This document shows positions 11,600-21,527 of a stretch of DNA of 64,000 nucleotides, piece by piece (within the stretch, counting starts at the first letter, position 1; each line of letters opens with the position of its first letter). The translations under genes were made by a program, and so were the position numbers. The notes below the pieces were generated by a model. It was not told where the DNA came from. It saw only the letters and a program-made list of their open reading frames with translations, and made no database searches. Where the stretch lies: positions 87,854,001 to 87,918,000 of the forward strand of contig NC_042997.1 in the NCBI RefSeq assembly GCF_006345805.1, given 5' to 3'. The stretch is from Octopus sinensis (Eukaryota).

Positions 11600-12900
11600 A
11601 AAAAAGATTCAAAAAACTTAAACGCCTTATTTTCTAAGATTTCTTCTTACGTCTATATTAGTGTTATAAAAAATCTATTGAATGTTGAAACAACTTTCTA
11701 ACGTTATGAATACGATTGCCTTCTATTGGATCAAACATTAATTGTCTAATATTTTAAAGAAATCCAAATTTTGAACTTAAGTCATGGAGCGATTTATGAA
11801 AGTGTTCAGGTTTCTACCATTATTTTCAATATAGACAAAATGCTTTGCAGTATCTCCTCCGTCTCTTTACGTGTTCTGCCTTCACCGAAATCACCTTTGC
11901 TTTTCATTTTTTTAGGGTCGGTAAAATATAGTGTTTAGTTTCATAATTTCTTTTTTCGCGGTGAATTCTGCGTTCTTAGATTTTTCATCAGGAATTTGTT
12001 TCTTTTAAGACGTATTTTTATTTCAGTACCCTATTCATCACATAGTTTCAGTCCAGCTTCAAATGATTCACTGGCCAATGATTCTCGATTGCTTAAATAT
12101 AATCTCGAAGGGCCTTTAAATAATAAGCATCCTCATGAATGTTTATGGTATGGTCTGTTATGATCAATCTGAATAAGAATTTTATCCCGAAATTTAAGCA
12201 AAACCAAAAATTATAAACCAAATTTGATTCAGCAACTACTTTACTTCACGTTACTTTTTGTGTCGAATGTTTGAATTTGATCCTCCATCATACTTTGCAT
12301 AAGTTCCACAAAGATGGAAAAGTATTCATGAACAGGTTTCATCGCTCTATTTTGGAACTCAATCGAGTTTCAAATTCAAACTCGACAACGACTGGTATAG
12401 TTTCTTTTCATGAATTGCCAACGGAGTGTTGCGTAGGAAAAAAATGAATAAAGCGACCGAATTACACCAAAAAATGCTACCATCAATACCAATATGGTTA
12501 GCAGCATGCACTTCAACCAAACTGAGAAAATGATTTTCGCCGTTTACAAAAATAGCTTTGCAATTGTTTTCATTAATTTTCTGTTGAATACTACTTTTAT
12601 AATAGGCAGCATTGTCATAGATTGAGATCGACAGTCTTTTAACGGAATTTTGTGTCTCATAAGTTGTTCCAAAATAACTTCCACCATATTTTCGGCATCC
12701 TTTCGTTTTAATTGGATAAATCCAAGAAAAGCCACTTATGAAAATTGTTTTCTCCTCAAAATCAATATCAACATAAACTGTTTTTGCTATTTGCTCTTGT
12801 TGTTTTGACATGAAGTAAAATCAAACATAAGGCCAAAATATTTGGCTTCAGGAATGATATTTGCAACTTCTGGCGAAGAGTAAAACGCATTAGCTGAATA
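11600..12900 (-). pseudogene. hAT-superfamily (ZMYM1-like/Tip100 type) transposase remnant, interrupted by a SINE fragment at ~11830-11935
   Basis: translated blocks FLGFIQL..DAENMVEVILEQL..IPLKDCRSQS/YDNAA..IQQKI..AIFVN..NH.LSLV..HAA, and LHDLSSKFGFL; multiple frameshifts. Confidence 0.85.
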
Positions 12901-12930
12901 CATTCAATCTGAACTCCGGAGATAAATATG

Positions 12931-12968
12931 ACTAGCGAAAACCGTGGAATTCCACGGATATCGCTGGT
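12931..12968 (-). mobile_element. Helitron-like 3' terminus (hairpin + CTAG-T)
   Basis: 16-bp palindrome ccgtggaattccacgg (12942-12957), then 6 nt, then CTAG and T on the minus strand. Confidence 0.5.
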
Positions 12969-13384
12969 GGAACAGAAGTTTTGTTGATTGTTGTTATTAT
13001 GATAGTGGAGATGACGGAGACTAGAAGGCAAGGTAGATGGACAGACAGAAGGACAACAGAGAGAGAAGCGGGGGATGGAGCAAGAAATTGTGACAAATGC
13101 TAGTTGAAGTGGCAACAGTGAAATATAGGAGAAAAAAAAGAAAAGCCGAGGAATTGATACAGTCGTATAATCATACATACACGCGTGCGAATATACATAT
13201 ACATACATACCTACGTATGCACACACACAGAGAACAGTTATCAGTTTGTTGTGATAATGTTGATAGAGGGTTATTAATGTTGTTGGAGGTGATGGGGTTT
13301 TTTGTAAGCAGTAAAGAGTTGGCGACGAACAAAATATTTATTCCTGTGAACTGATATAAAAAAAAAAGACCCTGTGATTTAACG

Positions 13385-13656
13385 CAGTAGTTCCCAAACT
13401 TTTTCAGGCCGCCGTCCCCTTGGTCACATTCCTAAGCCCCTCCCCCCACTACAAATATAGACCACTTTCTGCAGCAAATTCAAAACAACTGTATTTCACA
13501 AATAAAACTTAAACCTAATTGATCTATTAAAATATTTTTTATTTTACATCTCTCAACCCATTTTGGCCACCCATTATCACCCCACTTTTCTTTAACGCCC
13601 CCTGGATCTTTCCACCGCCCCCAATGGGGAAATACTGCCCACTTTGGGAACCACTG
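13385..13656. mobile_element. hAT (Charlie-like) MITE with 8-bp TSD
   Basis: TIRs cagtagttcccaaa / tttgggaaccactg; TSD atttaacg (13377-13384) vs ctttaacg (13657-13664), 7/8 identical. Confidence 0.88.
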
Positions 13657-14639
13657 CTTTAACGCATCCGTCGTAGTGCAAGTAGATGTTGTCGAGCGAT
13701 GTCGCCGCCGCCACCGTCCTTAACTATCAACTACAAACAAAGAACATGTGACACACACAAACAGACAAAAAAAAACAAAACAATAAAGAATATCACCACT
13801 GCTACTATCACTATTTACTATTTTTATCTCTTATTTTCTCTCTTTTTTTCTTTGCTGACTTTCCGTTTCTCCTTCGAGTTTACTTCCCTTAGTGTGGTAC
13901 AAATGGTAGGTAGGAACGTACAATTGTATACAATACTTAAATATACCACAAGGTTCTTTCCCAAATTACTAAGTTATACTTTGAAAGACAAGTCTGGTTT
14001 TCAAAAGACACTTAATTCTCCTTTTATTACATAGGTAGGTGGGTTTACATTGAATGGTGATTCAATTAATATTGATGAAAGACAGGCTTGTACAAATTAT
14101 GATATTTAAAAAATGAGATATATTTAACTTCTGCTTCTTGCATTTTCGGTTTCTTGCTCATTTTCTTCGCCTCACTAAGCTTCTGCCCGTTTAGTGCTTT
14201 TGTGCAAAACTGGCAACTTGAATGAAAAAGACAAACACAGGAACTAAACTATTATTATATTGCAATGTACTAAAGTTTTAGAACTACAGTTTATTACTTA
14301 ATTTCAGTTAATTACACAACTTTTGTAATTCTTTATGTACGGTTCAATAAAAGAAAACTGCATTGCCATTTGAGATACTGGTATAGACATTTTATAAAAA
14401 GCGGGTTATAAGATGTTTTATTTCGACTAAATATCTCAAGTGTCTTTCTTAATTCTACAAAGATACCTCTCTCTGTTTCCTTGATACACATAATAGATAC
14501 GGTAACTAATGTTATCACAATATTTCTGTTTTTAATTCTTGTTTAAAGACTATGAACACAGTTCTTGTATATTTCCCTTTCCTCCTCTCTTTCTCTAACA
14601 ATGTATTTTCTTGCATACACATACACACACACACACATC

Positions 14640-14943
14640 CCTAGTACTTATTTTAAGTCCAGTATTTATTCTATCGATGTCTTCGGCCGAACCTCTAATT
14701 CATAGGGACACAAACAAACCAGCATCGGTTGGTAAGCGATGGATACACACACGCGCGCGATAGGTTTCCACTCAATTTCAGTCTACAAAATTCACTCACA
14801 AGGCATTAGTCGGCCCGTGAGCGAATTTGGTTGGCGAAATTGTTCACTGTATGTATAAATAGTAGAAGACACTTTCCCAAAGTGTTGAACAGTGGGATAG
14901 AACCAGAAACTGCGTGGTTGCAAAGTGAGCTTCTTCACCACAG
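14640..14943 (-). mobile_element. CORE-like OR-type SINE, CpG-retaining, with an internal inverted fragment
   Basis: family motif on reverse strand. Confidence 0.8.
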
Positions 14944-15214
14944 TCATTAACAATTATCAATAATATAACAATGATACTTTTTCAAAAAAGTAAATTAACA
15001 CAAACTTTCTGGAAGGAAGATTTTGTAATAAAACTCCCTTTCATCACGTCTGTGTTTACCAACGAGATTCTATTTTAAAGAATCTTTTGCATAATTCATA
15101 ATTTTTAATTTAACAAAATAATTATTTTTAAATGTAACTGTATCAAGAAATTTCTCTAAAAAAACTTGTGTGTGTGTATAAATATATACATATATACATA
15201 CATACATATATATA

Positions 15215-15408
15215 ATGCGTAGCCGTATTTCGTCTGTCGTTATGTTCTGAGTTCAAATTCCGCCGAGGTCGACTTTGCCTTTCATCCTTTCGGGGTCGAT
15301 AAATTAAGTACCATTTACGCACTGGGGTCGATGTAATCGACTAAATCTCTTTGTCTGTCCTTGTTTGTCCCCTCTGTGTTTAGCCCCTTGTGGGTAGTAA
15401 AGAAATAT
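15215..15408 (+). mobile_element. Nin/Deu-like SINE (5'-truncated, CpG-intact)
   Basis: ttcaaattccgccgaggtcgactttgcctttcatcctttcggggtcgataaattaagtacc. Confidence 0.9.
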
Positions 15409-15420
15409 ATATATATATAT

Positions 15421-15776
15421 ATTTCGTTTTTGGATTTGGTTTGCAAGATTATTTATATGAGTTTGTGTGTTGAAGCATATTCTATTGTGTCTGGGGAGAG
15501 TCATTTTCTTTTTGTGCCTTATTATGTAACACACTCACCGGTAAAACTTCCACATTTTTCTTATTTTTATTGTCCTAAAATTTTCGTTGCGTCTTGCAAC
15601 CTTTTCGGTAGTTTTGACTCTGTCCATTGAATGGACAGAGTCAACACTATTGAAAAGATTGCAAGACGCAACGAAAATTTTAGGACAATAAAAATAAGAG
15701 AAACGTGGAAGTTTTACCGGTGAGTGTGTTACATAATAAGGCACAAAAAGAAAATGACTCTCCCCAGACACAATAG
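15421..15776. mobile_element. Penelope-like pLTR with inverted duplication (147-bp arms, 15482-15628 and 15630-15776)
   Basis: arms differ at 6 positions, 1-nt spacer; each arm carries a hammerhead-like motif, AATAAA and a GTGAGT donor; flanked by (TA)n. Confidence 0.7.
15640..15686 (+). ncRNA. candidate variant type I hammerhead ribozyme (U3-A8 core)
   Basis: gtc-aaca-cta TTGAAAA g-a-ttgc aagac gcaa-c GAAA at T T tag-gac; stems I and II pair, stem III is palindromic. Confidence 0.45.
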
Positions 15777-15801
15777 TGTATATATATATATATATATATA
15801 T

Positions 15802-16200
15802 ACCCATTTCCTTGCTAAAGACAACACGTGCTTATACCTATCTCCTCTCATAAGCTCGTCTTCTTAGTGTTCATAATAATTTTCTATCGTCTTGACTTAA
15901 CAGTCCTCACCGTTTGATTTAACTGTCTTGTTCTCACTGTCCTGTTTCACCCTCTGCAAAAAATCCAAAGTTTTATTGAATTTGCTTTGCGGGAAGGACT
16001 GTTTCAATGAAGTCGCCTATTGTCCTTGCCTTCAGAAACGCGGAGTATGATGAAACAGGGACAACTGATGAAGGGGAATATTCTTTATGTTGCATGTCTC
16101 ATTTTATGATTGTTTTTTCGTTGTCCAAAAAAAATTCGTTTTCTATGTTTTGGTTTTCGTTTTTCATTGTGTTCAACGTTTTTTGATGTCCTGTACCCAT
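15802..16200 (+). mobile_element. Penelope/retrozyme-like non-coding repeat with 5' half of a hammerhead core
   Basis: gggacaa-CTGATGA-agggg at ~16058-16076; T-rich 3' part; flanked by (TA)n. Confidence 0.45.
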
Positions 16201-16257
16201 ATATGCATGTATATATACATATATATGTAGGTATGTACATATATGCATATATATATA

Positions 16258-16634
16258 AAATGAGATAGGGGTTGTAAATTCAACCCTCCATGGGATAACA
16301 TATATCCAATATACTGCTACTTACATTAGAATCTCCGAAGAGGCCGTAAGATATTTTTGTTAACGTCTCATTTATACCTGCAATATATGGCTAATATAGG
16401 TTAAATGAGACATACCTATCTGCATGGCCGAAACAGCTGTCAGTTATAATGTATATGTATTTTTATATCTTGTTATTTTATTTAGTTATATCTCATTATA
16501 TTGATTGTAATTATTGTACTGTATTAATGTCTAATCTTAATGATCTTGTGTAGTGTTTTAATAAAGTATATGATTCGGTATTATCTGATAGTTGATGAAT
16601 GATTTAGATATATTTCTCCATTTTCTCATTTTGC
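16258..16634 (+). mobile_element. Penelope/retrozyme-like non-coding module carrying a hammerhead
   Basis: bounded by (TA)n; small hairpins at 16268-16286 and ~16293-16307, then the hammerhead, then AATAAA near 16560. Confidence 0.6.
16322..16453 (+). ncRNA. type I hammerhead ribozyme with extended stem II and palindromic stem III
   Basis: stem I tacattagaatct / agttataatgta; core CCGAAGA (16335-16341); stem II ggcc..ggcc with inner gtctcattta/taaatgagac; GAAA (16430-16433) CAGCTG TC; predicted cleavage after C16441. Confidence 0.7.
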
Positions 16635-16643
16635 ATATATATA

Positions 16644-17423
16644 TGGGGGCTACCCAAAAGTAACCAGAAACGTTCCCTGTGGAACAAGTCCATTGTAGTT
16701 CAGGCTTTCGCCGCTAGAAGCCACTTGATGTGAGTCTCAGGCATCAGTCTGCCGACCGGCATTGTCATGAGTCGTAACACTGCAATGTGGTGTCATGTTT
16801 CAAACAGCTGACAAGAAGGCTGCCATGACCAAAACACAAGTTTACGAGTTGTTTTCACGCTCTAGAAATGGTCACTTGTCGCTTGAGGACCAATTTCGTT
16901 CAGGCCAACCGTCGGCCTATCGAACGATTGAAAACATCGTGAAAATTCATCAACTGATTTTGGAGTACCGTCACCAAACAATTGACAAACTTGTTGATAT
17001 GACTGGTATGTCCTGGAGCTCCTGCCAACGAATTTTGAGCGAGGTAATGCGAATGAAAAGAGTTGCAGCAAAATTTGTGCCTCGCTTGCCCACGGAAGAT
17101 CAAAAGCAGTCACGACAGAATACGTGCCGTGAATTGAAAGAATAGTTAGAAGTTAATCCGGGCCTTTTACTTGAAGGTGATCGCTGGTGACAACAGCTGG
17201 TGCTACGGAATTTGCAAATGTAGAAGAGATGAAGAAAAAACGACGGAGATGTTAAAAAGCATCACTTCGCAAGAGTTCCAGGATTGCTTTGAATAGTGGA
17301 AAACGCGCCTGGACCGATGCATTGCTTTAAATAGAGAATACTTTGAAGCCTATAAAAGTGTAAACATGTAAAACTGAGTAAAATGATATTGTAAAATTCC
17401 AATTTCTTTTGGGTACCCATTCG
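16644..17423 (+). mobile_element. internally deleted Tc1/mariner element in (TA)n
   Basis: imperfect TIRs ggggctacccaaaagtaacc / ttcttttgggtacccattcg; ORF 16795-17145 with mariner HTH motifs (LEDQFRSGQPS, KRVAAKFVPRL); C-terminus WKTRLDRCI..EYFE. Confidence 0.92.
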
Positions 17424-17659
17424 TATATATGTGTGTGTATGTGTGTACGTGTGTATTTATATGTATGATTATGTGTATACGTAAATGTAACACACCACTG
17501 CCAAATATATATATATATATGTGTGTGTGTGTATACTCATATATTTATAAAATGTGTGTACATATATCTATGTAATTATGCATATGTATCAGTGCATGTT
17601 TAGTCCCGGTACATTTTCAAGATCATATTTTCGGTAAATATAACAATATAATCATAAAA

Positions 17660-17725
17660 TGGTGCCCTCCAAAATTTGGTACTGAGAGCATGTGCCCAAC
17701 TTGCCTCGCCCTAGTTACACCACTG
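17660..17725 (-). mobile_element. orphan hAT (Tip100-like) terminal fragment
   Basis: minus strand begins cagtggtgtaactagggcgaggc; partner end not found. Confidence 0.45.
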
Positions 17726-18966
17726 AACTGAAACATTTTAGGCCATATTCACCCCATTTCCCCTTTTCCAAACTTTGTATATTCAATAGAGCCTTCCATT
17801 TTCAAAGACAGCAGTGCGTGTGTTTTGAGGAAAATTTAGTTGCTATGTAACAATTAGAGTTACGTGTAGATGCTTCCCATTAATGTGTTTGCAGTTAGTG
17901 CACTTGTGTGTAACTGGAAGTACCTACACTGTTGAAGTTGGCTGATATGGAACATAGAGAATAAAAACTGTTAAACAGATGTAGAAAAACTTCAACGGGT
18001 GAAATTGTCACGTTCTGATTTCCCGGCGTAAAGACTTAAAACAGTTGAAGTTCTCCTTTTTGTCAGCCAAAGTGATCTTTGGAAGCTGATGATATTTTCC
18101 TTACACTTTGTTACATTCAATGCTGACATAGAAATTTGGTATTTTATCATCATAATTATTATATCAACGTCATTATGCAGTTGCTTCTTTAATATTCCAC
18201 ATATATTTTATGTGTTTTGTTAACTTTAGGAAGATAGTGAGATTTGTACAGAAATTAATTTCCTGCTGATCAGAGACAGTCACACGATTTTAATCTCAGT
18301 TTGAGGCAATTTCACACCATTTACTTTATTGGGACTCTTGGAAAATGTGTGAACGTCATAATTTCCATATTCCTGATTTATAGTTCTTGCTTAAGATTCG
18401 GATAGGTTTTGATATATTGACTTGACGATAGACTGCGTGTTGTCAATTTATTGTTATCAAAGTATATTACAATAGTCACATGTTTACATTGTTGCTAGCT
18501 TGTGGGGTATAGTGGTATGCTAGAATGAATATAAATTGTAATTACATTACTAACAGAAGAGATTAGTTTCGCGTGAGAGGCGGGAATAATGTTCTGTCCA
18601 TCATTGTCGAAGAAGCTTTTAAATCGGGGCTGAATTTCAGCCAAAGAAACTCACCAATTTAAAGGGCTTATTCCTTGTGCTTCCGAAGTGCGCCGCTCTC
18701 ATTTGTATGCGCACGTTGTTGCTGATATAACCACAAAAGTGCGGGAACTACTGGAGAAAAATAGAACACTCGGATCTTTTTTGTTTGGTTGCCACTTTTT
18801 AGTTTCTTCAGTTTTTGTTCTAAGTTAACTTCATAGTTGGCGTAGTTTTGTAAAGTAATCATTGACATGAAATTCATTTTTGCCATAAATCAATAAAGAT
18901 TAACAGCTTTTAAAGTTCGCAAATTTTGGATAATTTTAGCCAGTCGAAAGCCACAGACATATAGGT

Positions 18967-18988
18967 GCCTGTTTCCATAGTAACAGGC
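18967..18988. promoter_or_regulatory. RFX X-box motif
   Basis: GTTTCCATAGTAAC (18971-18984) fits GTHNYYATRRNAAC, extended by symmetric gcct/aggc flanks. Confidence 0.55.
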
Positions 18989-19123
18989 CACGTTTTTTTT
19001 GTCGTTTATTAAATGTTTAAAACGCATGTGGTATGGGATGTGCTAAAAATAACAGCTAATTAGGTCTTAAATCACGCACGAAATTTTTTTTGCATAATCG
19101 TATGAGTTCCCGCGTGTAAAATA

Positions 19124-19382
19124 TGTGGTGTGTGCACGATTTGAATATAAAGGCACCTACCTTCTCTTCCTCGCGATGGAGACCCTTCTGTGGTAGCTAA
19201 TCCTTCGACACAGCCCCGACCCGAACACTAAAGATAGCAGTTGCTCACCCAAACTCTTAGCGACCGTCCTCACACGTCTTGTCACCTGGACGACCCACGT
19301 TGGAAAGGCCCAATTGACCGTTGCCTACGCACGCCTGACAGCTGCCCCTTCCGGTTGCCCCAGCTGCTGACGTCATCCCACA
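19124..19382 (-). mobile_element. 3' LTR of Gypsy element (259 bp)
   Basis: TGTGG..CCACA termini, preceded on the minus strand by purine-rich PPT agatcagggtggcg right after the pol stop codon. Confidence 0.8.
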
Positions 19383-19395
19383 CGCCACCCTGATC

Positions 19396-21527
19396 TTAAA
19401 GATCACAATCTCTCCGCTCCATGTCGTAGTCCACCATCCAACCGGGAGAGCGCCTTGCTCGTCGAGATCTTCTCAAGCTGGGCTCCTTGTTCTCCCCCTC
19501 TCCAGAATCGTCGTCCGTCGAAGCGACAATCCTGCGAAGGTCCAAGACGTGTCGTGGCGTTCCATCTACGGATACGTTGCTTCTGGAATTGACCGCCGTC
19601 ACCGTTCCTCTGCTCCATTGAGACGTACAGCGCGCCTTTGGTGGCTTGACCCAGACTTCCTCCCCTATTTTCACGCGAACGGGTCCCTTCTCTTCCTCGT
19701 GATCCTCCGGCGCTTTGCTCGGGTGCCTCCATTCATATTTGAACACAGCTCTCTGCGGCACAGATTCTTCAGCTTGTCCGGATCGGGGAGACAAGTTGTA
19801 CCAAAAAACTGCTTCAAGCGGCGAAATGTGCCCTCTTTCCGCTATGGCCTTGACTGTCCGATGGTGCCTCTCTACGATCCCGTTACCGCTCGGCCTATAC
19901 GCTGCTCTGAACAAGCGTCGCACATTCCACCGATTAAGCATAACCCTCAATGCTTCCGAACGAAACGCCGCCCCGTTGTCCATCAGTAGTTCTTCCACGG
20001 GACCTCTCTCTAAGAATATCCCGTTCAGGACCTGCGTGATCTCGTCAGCAATGCCCGATCTCAACTCCCTCCAAATGGCCAGCCGGCCCGGCCCGCAGTC
20101 GACCATGGAGAGGTACATTCGCTGACGGTAGTGTGTCACATCCACAGCTAGCCTTTTCCAGTTCTGCTCCACGGAAAGGCTTCCCTATTCATGCCCACAC
20201 GGAGCAGGGTCGATGGACTGACACCTGTCACAGCTCCCGACCACCTTCCGGATGCTTCTCCTAGTGACGTCAGCATCAATTTTCTTCGCCAGATACAGGG
20301 TCCTGTCCACACCCAGGATAGCATGCAGTTTCTTCAGTTCAGAGTCATCCAACCGACGCGCCGCAGCTATCCCTTTCGGGGCCTCCTCCTGTTCTTCCAA
20401 CCACGCTCTTTTCACCCTGGTCAGTACGTCCGCCCTGTTTTTCTCCGAAGGCACGAAAACCACGCTCAGCTTCAATCCGAACTCGGCGACCAATTCACCT
20501 AGAACTCCTAGACGGCGCTTAACTAACATCTCCGCAGCACCTTTCGTCCGCACTCTCCTTTCACCGGTGATCACCGATCCTACTCAGCCAAGCACAGTGG
20601 CCGAATCCGTCCGGATTTCAATCGTGCGCAGCCCCCATTTCAAGGCCAAGTTCACCCCTTTCAGCACCGCGTCTAATTCGGCGACATTGATGCGGTTGAA
20701 ATCATCTGCTTTCCGAAGCCAGGCCGCGTCCTCCACCGCAGCGCCTTCGATTGCCAACACCACCCCTATCGCTATACTGCTGGCATCACACCAGACGGTC
20801 CCGCATTCCGTCTTGGGCACGTATCAGATCCCCCTAACCGGGTCTTCCGCTCTCGTCCTCTCTAGGATTTCCTGCATCATCACCATCGTCCCTCCTCCCA
20901 CCTTGTCGCCCAACCTCTCCCCTTTTGCTCGTCTCTTGGTGTAACTACACGCCGTGCGCAGCCATCCAGCGATCGGGTAGTGACCGACCAACTTCCCACA
21001 CACCGAGAACAGCTCTCTCCTGCTGACGCTGGAACTCAGCTCTGGGATCTCATTTCCTCTCCGGAACACCAATTCACCCGATCCATCGCTTCGCAGCTTC
21101 AGCCCCAGCGCGGCTCCCCCTTCAATTGACTCCGGTGGCTTAGCAATCAGACCGAACTTCTCCAGATGACTAACTACCTCGTCGGCTGGCACTATAGTTT
21201 CGTCCACCAAAATGTCGTCAATGTAGGAGCTGGTGGCCTTTCTAATCTTGCCGTCTTTCCCTAGGACGGACCTAAGCACTGCCGCCATGATCTTCGGAGC
21301 AGAATTCAGCCCGAAACCCAGCCTGGTTAAACAGTACGTCCGGCCCTTGTACCGCACCAGCTGATATCGCCACAGTTTGTCGCTCACATGGAGCTGCAAG
21401 TATGCCGATCTCAAGTCGACAATCGTCGCTGCCTCGGTCGACTGTCTCCACTTACGTAACACCTCGCCACAAACGTGTCGCCTCACCTCCCGTGTGACAC
21501 GATATGTGCTGGTTTAGCTCCCTGATT
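19396..21527 (-). pseudogene. Ty3/Gypsy pol fragment: RT, RNase H, integrase; premature stops and frameshift; gag, protease and 5' LTR absent
   Basis: DLRSAYLQ, LGFGLNSAPKI, SYIDD (RT); WCDAS..NVAELDA..TDS (RNase H); H..GVDRT..CDRC and DVTHY..MDNGAAF..NGIVERHH (integrase); order RT-RH-IN. Confidence 0.95.

Noticed and set aside
15361-15807. Two near-identical peptides on opposite strands
   Set aside because: A consequence of the DNA palindrome, not duplicated genes.
19403-20944. Overlapping and antisense ORFs of 103-230 aa
   Set aside because: Shadow frames of the GC-rich Gypsy pol.
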